A DNA stretch of 32,000 bases from Serpentinicella alkaliphila (GTDB lineage: Bacteria > Bacillota > Clostridia > Peptostreptococcales > Natronincolaceae): the NCBI RefSeq assembly GCF_018141405.1, contig NZ_CP058648.1:3141875-3173874 (forward strand), written 5' to 3'. The translations under genes and the position numbers were made by a program. Shown in pieces: positions 26,587 to 32,000 of the stretch; position 1 is the first letter of the stretch; each line of letters begins with the position of its first letter. The notes under the pieces were generated by a model. That model saw only the letters and a list, made by a program, of their open reading frames with translations, had not been told where the DNA came from and searched no databases.

Positions 26587-27229
26587 TATCTACGCACGCC
26601 TTTTGAATTATTTTTTCCAGTAATTTATTTGCCTTTTTTTCTGCATCGTATATACTTACTTTTGCAGTATTTATATATTCTTCGGTAAAAAGTTCTTTCA
26701 TTATCCTTTGCCTTATCTCAGATAGGGGAAGTTTTTCTTTTATACTTTTTCTTATATCACTGGTCATGCTAATATACTCAAGTAACCAGTCCTCCAGTTG
26801 TTCAGCCATTAAGTCTGCAACATATCTTGACGCCGCAGGATTTTCATTTCCTGTAACTGCAAGAGTTAAGTCCCCTTTTCTTCGAATAGCTGGAACTATA
26901 AATGAACTCTCGACTCCATTGTCACTAACATTTACGGCTATATTTAGTTCCTTAGCATCCTGTGCTATTTTTATATTTAACTCATAGTCGTTAGTACAGG
27001 CGAAGCAAAGAACAGCCCCATTTAAGAATTTTTTATCATAGTTGGACTTTATATATTGTATATTGTGCTCCCTACATTTTTCTAAGAGCTCTAAAGAAAT
27101 CTCTGGGCTAATAATAGTAATATTTGCTTCACACTTTATAAGCTCAGAAGTCTTTCTTAGGGCTACCTTTCCGCCTCCTATAACTACACAACTTCTATCT
27201 TTTATTTTAAGCATTATTGGATAATACAT
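26579..27229 (-). CDS. Precorrin-2 dehydrogenase / sirohydrochlorin ferrochelatase (SirC / CysG N-terminal type)
   Basis: 216 aa with the Rossmann motif VVIGGGKVALRK. The position between hemL and hemC is typical of clostridial heme/corrin operons. Confidence 0.85.
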   Translation of the reverse strand: MYYPIMLKIKDRSCVVIGGGKVALRKTSELIKCEANITIISPEISLELLEKCREHNIQYIKSNYDKKFLNGAVLCFACTNDYELNIKIAQDAKELNIAVNVSDNGVESSFIVPAIRRKGDLTLAVTGNENPAASRYVADLMAEQLEDWLLEYISMTSDIRKSIKEKLPLSEIRQRIMKELFTEEYINTAKVSIYDAEKKANKLLEKIIQKACVDNE

Positions 27230-27243
27230 ATTCCCTCCAAATA

Positions 27244-28523
27244 TTATATAATGTTACTCATTACTTTGTCCGCGGCTTCTATTGTCCTAGCTATATCTTC
27301 CTCTGTATGAGCATAGGATATGAACATAGCTTCAAACTGAGATGGTGACATATATATACCCTGTTCTAGCATACCTGTAAAAAATTCCACATATAAATTC
27401 GTATTACTGCTCATTGCACTTTCGAAATCTACTACCTCTTTATCCGTAAAGAAAGTTGTAAGCATTGAACCAACCCTATTAACCACTGCTTGAATATTAT
27501 ACTTTTTAGCAATGTCCCTGAAGCCAGTCTCTAACATTAGCCCAAGTCTATCAATATGCTCGTATATTTCGGGTTTACTCTTTAAAATACTCAATGTAGT
27601 TATTCCCGCTGACATTGCCAATGGGTTCCCAGAAAGAGTTCCAGCCTGATATATAGGTCCTGCAGGTGAAATTTGCTCCATTATTTCTCATAGGCTCCCA
27701 CTGGTAAGCCACCCCCTATAATTTTACCGAAGCAAGTTATATCAGGTTCAATACCATACACGCTCTGAGCGCCACCATATGCCACTCTAAAACCAGTCAT
27801 AACCTCATCTATTATTAGCAGTGCCCCATACTCTTTAGTTATACTTCTAAGGTATTCCATAAAATCTTTACGGGCAGCTACCACTCCCATATTGCCAGCT
27901 ATTGGTTCTATTATTACTGCAGCAATGTCTTTACCATATTCACTAAATATGTCTTTAATACTTTGCGTATCGTTATACCTTGCGGTTAGTGTGTTTTTAC
28001 TTACGTCAGCTGTAACTCCAGGACTGTCAGGTACTCCATGAGTTAATGCTCCGGATCCTGCCTTTACAAGTAAACTGTCCGTATGTCCATGATAGTTACC
28101 ACTAAATTTAACAATTTTATTTCTTCCTGTAAACCCTCTAGCAAGTCTTAGGGCACTCATAACTGCCTCTGTTCCTGAGTTTACCATTCTTACCATATCA
28201 ACTGAAGAAACTGCCTCACATATAAGTTTTGCCATTTCCAGTTCTTTCAAAGTTGGTGCTCCATAGGTTGTTCCTTTTCTTGCAGCCTCCGTTATTGAAT
28301 TAATAACCTGTTCATTTCCATGGCCAAGTATAAGTGGACCCCAGGAGCCTATATAATCAATATATTCCTTTTCATCTTCGTCGATAATGTGACTTCCTTT
28401 TCCTTCTTTTATAAAGGGTGGGGTTACAGTTGTTCCCCTAAAAGCTCTTACAGGGCTATTTACTCCACCAGGTATGAACTTTTTACTCTCCTCAAATAAT
28501 TTAACAGAATTACTACCTACCAT
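27244..28523 (-). pseudogene. hemL: Glutamate-1-semialdehyde 2,1-aminomutase (hemL) split into 280-aa and 145-aa ORFs at a TAATG overlap
   Basis: ORF1 ends ...[17 protein letters not shown]-stop (PLP lysine present). ORF2 begins MEQISPAGPIYQAGTLSGNPLAMSAG. The usual GG(K/R)x between GAY and EIM is missing, and the frames differ. The frame-overlap window is 27687-27690. Confidence 0.85.
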
Positions 28524-28552
28524 TAGAATTTCCTCCGTTCTTACATTTCTAA

Positions 28553-29797
28553 TTAGCCTAACAACTCTTCGAGCATTGATGCATACTGCTTAGATTTTTC
28601 TATAGGCATTGTTTTCAGCTTCAACACAATTTTTTTCAAAGTCTTATTAGTCACGTTTAAAGCGTATTCCGTAACTTCAGTTCTATTAAGACTATCTCCC
28701 AGCTCTAATTTATACATGACTGACGTAGCATTTTCAGTTACGTGCTTATCCGTATAGTTATCAACCATACTTAAGAGATTATGTATACTACCTTCCTCAA
28801 TCCAGGTAATCAATTTGTTAACGTACTCCCTAATTATTTCTATGGCATCCTCTACAAGCTTTAATCTTAGGCTGGCATTTTGCTGTGAAACTAACTTAAA
28901 ATAGTCTACATTATATAACTTTACATTTTCCAGACTTCCAATTACATCGTCTATATCCCTAGGTACAGCCATATCTACAGCTATTATTTTTCGATTTTTA
29001 CTGTTTAATAAAAATTTATCATAATCAAATATAACATGAGGTGCTGCTGTTGAACTTATGATCGCATCTACTTCGGATAACACATCATATCTTTGACTAA
29101 ACTCAATAAGTTCTACTTCCTTACACTCCTGCTGAATTTGTTGACATTTTTGTAAATTTCGGTTAGCCAAATAAATTAAAGAAATCCCTTTAGAACATAG
29201 ATTTTTAACTGCAAGTTTTGACATCTCCCCAATACCTACTACTAAAGCCTTCTTACCTACTAGTCCGCCTACCTCATTTTCAATAAGTTCAACAGCTATA
29301 GAGCTTATTGATAGCTTGTTCTGAGAAATTTGTGTTCTACTTTTTACTTCTTTAGCACATGCTATAGCCTCTGAAAATATCTTGTTTAATACTCGATCTG
29401 TACAGTTTAATTCCATTGCTCTACTCTGTGCTAACTTTACCTGGCTTAATATTTGATCTTCACCTAAAACCATAGACTCTAGTCCAGATGCGACCTTAAA
29501 AATATGTAACAATGCTAGTTCTGACTTATGAAAATAAAATCTATCAATATCTTCATGTTCCAACCCAAAGCTATCTTTAATTATTTCATATGCTTCAGAT
29601 TCAATCTCTTTATCCTCTTTATAATGTATGTAAAATTCCGTTCTATTACAGGTTGCTAAAATTACTACACTTAAAATATTTTCATGCTCTTTAAACCTGC
29701 TATATACAATACTGTACTTGCTTTCTGTGAAAGCAACCCTGCTACGGAAATCAATATCTTCTTTATTATAATCAATACCTATACATGTAATATTCAT
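28553..29797 (-). CDS. hemA: Glutamyl-tRNA reductase
   Basis: 414 aa. Catalytic ATCNRTEFY is present, with the NADPH-binding motif [10 protein letters not shown] and a C-terminal dimerisation helix region. Confidence 0.93.
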   Translation of the reverse strand: MNITCIGIDYNKEDIDFRSRVAFTESKYSIVYSRFKEHENILSVVILATCNRTEFYIHYKEDKEIESEAYEIIKDSFGLEHEDIDRFYFHKSELALLHIFKVASGLESMVLGEDQILSQVKLAQSRAMELNCTDRVLNKIFSEAIACAKEVKSRTQISQNKLSISSIAVELIENEVGGLVGKKALVVGIGEMSKLAVKNLCSKGISLIYLANRNLQKCQQIQQECKEVELIEFSQRYDVLSEVDAIISSTAAPHVIFDYDKFLLNSKNRKIIAVDMAVPRDIDDVIGSLENVKLYNVDYFKLVSQQNASLRLKLVEDAIEIIREYVNKLITWIEEGSIHNLLSMVDNYTDKHVTENATSVMYKLELGDSLNRTEVTEYALNVTNKTLKKIVLKLKTMPIEKSKQYASMLEELLG

Positions 29798-29812
29798 AGT
29801 GCCTCCAAAAGA

Positions 29813-30577
29813 CTATTCCTTTATTCTATTTATAACATACTTCTGTATTTCTTCAATGCTATCAAATTTATTTGGATATATAATATCTGGCCGTTTTAAG
29901 ACCAATATCTTCATATTTAGACGCTTTGCAGCTTGAATCTTCTCTTCGTAACCACTGCTTATGCCACTATCCTTACAAATTAATATTTTTGCATCTGATT
30001 CTTTAAACATAATATAATTCATTTCCTCAGAAAATGGCCCTTTCATAGCTATAATATTTTCGGCCTTCAATCCTAGACTTTCTAGTTTTAAAATAGACTG
30101 TGATACGGATAGTACTCTGGCTACAACTCTATTTTTTTCACTTATTTGACATAAAATCTTTTCAATATCATTAGTACCGGTAGTTATAAAAATTTTACCT
30201 TCTAAGTCTTCTACATATCTCCCTGCTTCTTCGTAGTTTTGAAAAAATAATATACTATCAGCTGTGAATATTTTTGAGGGTCTCTCGTATCTTATGTATT
30301 CAATTCCTAGGGATTCACAAACATTTATTGCATTCTCTGATACATTAACTGCAAATGGATGTGTTGCATCTATTAACATTTTTACATTTTTTTTTATTAA
30401 TAGCTCCGCTAGTTCTTCTTTATTTTTTCTACCATATACTCTTTTACACTGTAGTCTTTTGCTTGCAGTAAAATCTCCATATTCTGTTGCTGTACTATAT
30501 ACTAATCTTGGGCATATTCTGTATAGCTCATCTGCTAGATTTAAAGCGTCAGAAGTACCACCTAAAATTAGCATCAT
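29813..30577 (-). CDS. cbiJ: Precorrin-6A / cobalt-precorrin-6A reductase
   Basis: 254 aa. The N-terminus MMLILGGTSDA and DATHPFA are characteristic of CobK/CbiJ. A 4-nt overlap links it to cbiH. Confidence 0.88.
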   Translation of the reverse strand: MMLILGGTSDALNLADELYRICPRLVYSTATEYGDFTASKRLQCKRVYGRKNKEELAELLIKKNVKMLIDATHPFAVNVSENAINVCESLGIEYIRYERPSKIFTADSILFFQNYEEAGRYVEDLEGKIFITTGTNDIEKILCQISEKNRVVARVLSVSQSILKLESLGLKAENIIAMKGPFSEEMNYIMFKESDAKILICKDSGISSGYEEKIQAAKRLNMKILVLKRPDIIYPNKFDSIEEIQKYVINRIKE

Positions 30578-31314
30578 AATTTATACCCCCTAGGGGTTAT
30601 CATTTTTTCATTATATATATATGTATTGCTATTTCCTACTATCAATGTAGTAAACATATCGATAGCATCATAGTCTAGTTCCTTAATTGTTGTTATTGTA
30701 ATATGCTCATTATCTCTATAGGCATTTCTAACTACACCTACGGGAGTAGAATTACTTCTATATTTTTCTATATATTCCATAGCCACTTTTAAGTGGTCCG
30801 GTCTTGCCTTGCTTTTTGGATTATATATAGCTATAACAAAATCTGCTTCTGCTGCTTTTTCTAGTCTTTTTAATATTTTATCCCAGGATACCATGTAATC
30901 ACTAAGACTAATAGTGCAAAAATCCTCAACTATTGGGGCCCCTAGCAAAGATGAGCATGATATTGCTGATGTAATTCCAGGAATGACATCAATCTCTATT
31001 TTATCAGTAAGCTCTAAGCTATTTATTAACTCAAATGCCAAACCAGCCATGCCGTATAGTAATGAATCCCCACTGCATAAAATTGCTGTCTTTCTACCAT
31101 GCAATACCTCATCTATCGCAAGGCGGCACCGCTCTATCTCTTGTCCCATTCCCCGTTCAATAACTTTTTTATTATTACAGAGCTCCCTAACCTGATCTAT
31201 GTAAACAGAATAGCCTACTAATACTTCACAGGCTTCAATACATTTGTATGCCCTTATAGTCATATTTTCTATACTTCCCGGTCCAATGCCTATTAAAAAT
31301 AGCTTATTATTCAT
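30574..31314 (-). CDS. cbiH: Cobalt-precorrin-3B / precorrin-3B C17-methyltransferase
   Basis: Tetrapyrrole methylase fold: LFLIGIGPGSIENMT, SGDSLLYGMAG, IPGITS. Confidence 0.92.
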   Translation of the reverse strand: MNNKLFLIGIGPGSIENMTIRAYKCIEACEVLVGYSVYIDQVRELCNNKKVIERGMGQEIERCRLAIDEVLHGRKTAILCSGDSLLYGMAGLAFELINSLELTDKIEIDVIPGITSAISCSSLLGAPIVEDFCTISLSDYMVSWDKILKRLEKAAEADFVIAIYNPKSKARPDHLKVAMEYIEKYRSNSTPVGVVRNAYRDNEHITITTIKELDYDAIDMFTTLIVGNSNTYIYNEKMITPRGYKL

Positions 31315-32000
31315 CTATTACCTCCACATTTTTCACCTCATAAACACTAACAGTAATACCACCTGCTTTTACCTTAGGTACTATTCTTTTACCATAGTTC
31401 GATGATATATATGCCGCTGGTTCACAAACGCTACCCACTCCAATAGTTTCTTTTACAAAAGTAGAATTTTCGAATCTATCTTCAACTTTCTTAATGTCCT
31501 CTCTGGATATAATATTCAAATTCACATTATAGTAATTTGAAAGCTGTATTATGGCTGGTTCCTTACCCTTTAAGTCAATCGTAGCTATCCCCTTAATTGC
31601 TACAGGAGATAAATTATTTTCATTAAATATACTTTCAACTGCTGCTATAAGTTTTTCAGGTTCTGTACCTTTTCTACAACCAACACCAATTACTAAGCAC
31701 TTTTTAGTTAGCTTAACTATAGTTTTATTTTTTACTTCTATCGTAGGCTTTGCTTTGTTACCAATGTATATTATAGCGGAATTGGAACAGTCGCTTTTTT
31801 TACCATTATTTAAAATACCATATTCATCAATATATCCTACGGATTTACCATTAACCATACAAGCAGTTACTAGCTTTGCATTCTCATAATTATCTATGTG
31901 TAAGCTAAGCCTTTTAGCTAACATATCTACAGACTCAATGTTTCTGTTATCAGAGGCCGTTGTTATTATTGCTTGTCCACCGATGATTTCACCTATTTCT
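31307..32000 (-). CDS. cbiG: Cobalamin biosynthesis protein CbiG (5' end outside the window)
   Basis: The track starts at the Met at 31924, but the frame stays open to 32000 (EIGEIIGGQAIITTASDNRNIESVD...). This matches the CbiG middle region, and the C-terminal CbiG domain follows. Confidence 0.85.
   Translation of the reverse strand, partial: EIGEIIGGQAIITTASDNRNIESVDMLAKRLSLHIDNYENAKLVTACMVNGKSVGYIDEYGILNNGKKSDCSNSAIIYIGNKAKPTIEVKNKTIVKLTKKCLVIGVGCRKGTEPEKLIAAVESIFNENNLSPVAIKGIATIDLKGKEPAIIQLSNYYNVNLNIISREDIKKVEDRFENSTFVKETIGVGSVCEPAAYISSNYGKRIVPKVKAGGITVSVYEVKNVEVIDE

Noticed and set aside
762-31889. Antisense ORFs of 60-145 aa in the six-frame track: 762-1031, 3011-3316, 3431-3721, 5032-5310, 6034-6378, 6421-6681, 7982-8248, 10462-10755, 11827-12042, 12426-12716, 12706-13065, 14554-14760, 14953-15141, 15763-15990, 18571-18804, 21325-21507, 22486-22923, 23525-23713, 24054-24254, 26766-26987, 27042-27224, 29684-29899, 30264-30593, 30914-31195, 31551-31889.
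   Set aside because: Each lies wholly or largely inside a longer ORF on the other strand (or in another frame) that has clear family motifs. They have low-complexity composition, no ribosome-binding site and no recognisable motifs. This is typical shadow-ORF behaviour in AT-rich DNA.
29798-32000. A cobalamin riboswitch upstream of the cbi/hem genes.
   Set aside because: The genes are contiguous or overlapping up to the window edge, and the only gap (29798-29812) is 15 nt. Any leader must lie beyond 32000.
1-32000. CRISPR arrays, tRNA or rRNA genes, IS elements, and prophage or integrase genes.
   Set aside because: I saw no regularly spaced repeat arrays, no cloverleaf-like GC-rich segments in the intergenic regions, and no ORF with transposase or recombinase motifs.

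Overview
Low-GC (about 30% by eye) Firmicute, Clostridia-like chromosomal window. It is densely coding, and I saw no rRNA, tRNA, CRISPR array, transposase or integrase. Layout from left to right:
(1) Minus strand: a DUF401-like membrane protein, a SurA-N-like lipoprotein and ftsH.
(2) Plus strand, divergent from ftsH: a five-gene Na+-NQR-type operon, nqrBCDEF. It has no nqrA, and its NqrB lacks the N-terminal extension.
(3) Minus strand: a DEAD-box helicase, then a pstS-pstC-pstA-pstB operon. pstS is a remnant and pstC is frameshifted.
(4) An accessory-looking stretch at about 13.6-23.2 kb, made of mostly monocistronic genes. These are a small membrane protein, an M48 metallopeptidase fused to ankyrin repeats, a D-cysteine desulfhydrase-family enzyme, a WG-repeat lipoprotein with an RsiV-like C-terminus, an amidohydrolase, and an 867-aa protein with an N-terminal domain, an AAA+ ATPase and tandem RyR repeats that has its own promoter and terminator.
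(5) Minus strand: a tetrapyrrole/cobalamin operon, cbiG(partial)-cbiH-cbiJ-hemA-hemL(split)-sirC-hemC-cobA/hemD-hemB.
The best candidates for something undescribed are the NqrA-less NQR-type complex and the stand-alone AAA+/RyR protein. A 21-nt direct-repeat operator-like element is shared by the ftsH and lipoprotein leaders. Three independent gene disruptions (pstS, pstC, hemL) are visible. All domain calls come from motif recognition by eye, and no searches were run.
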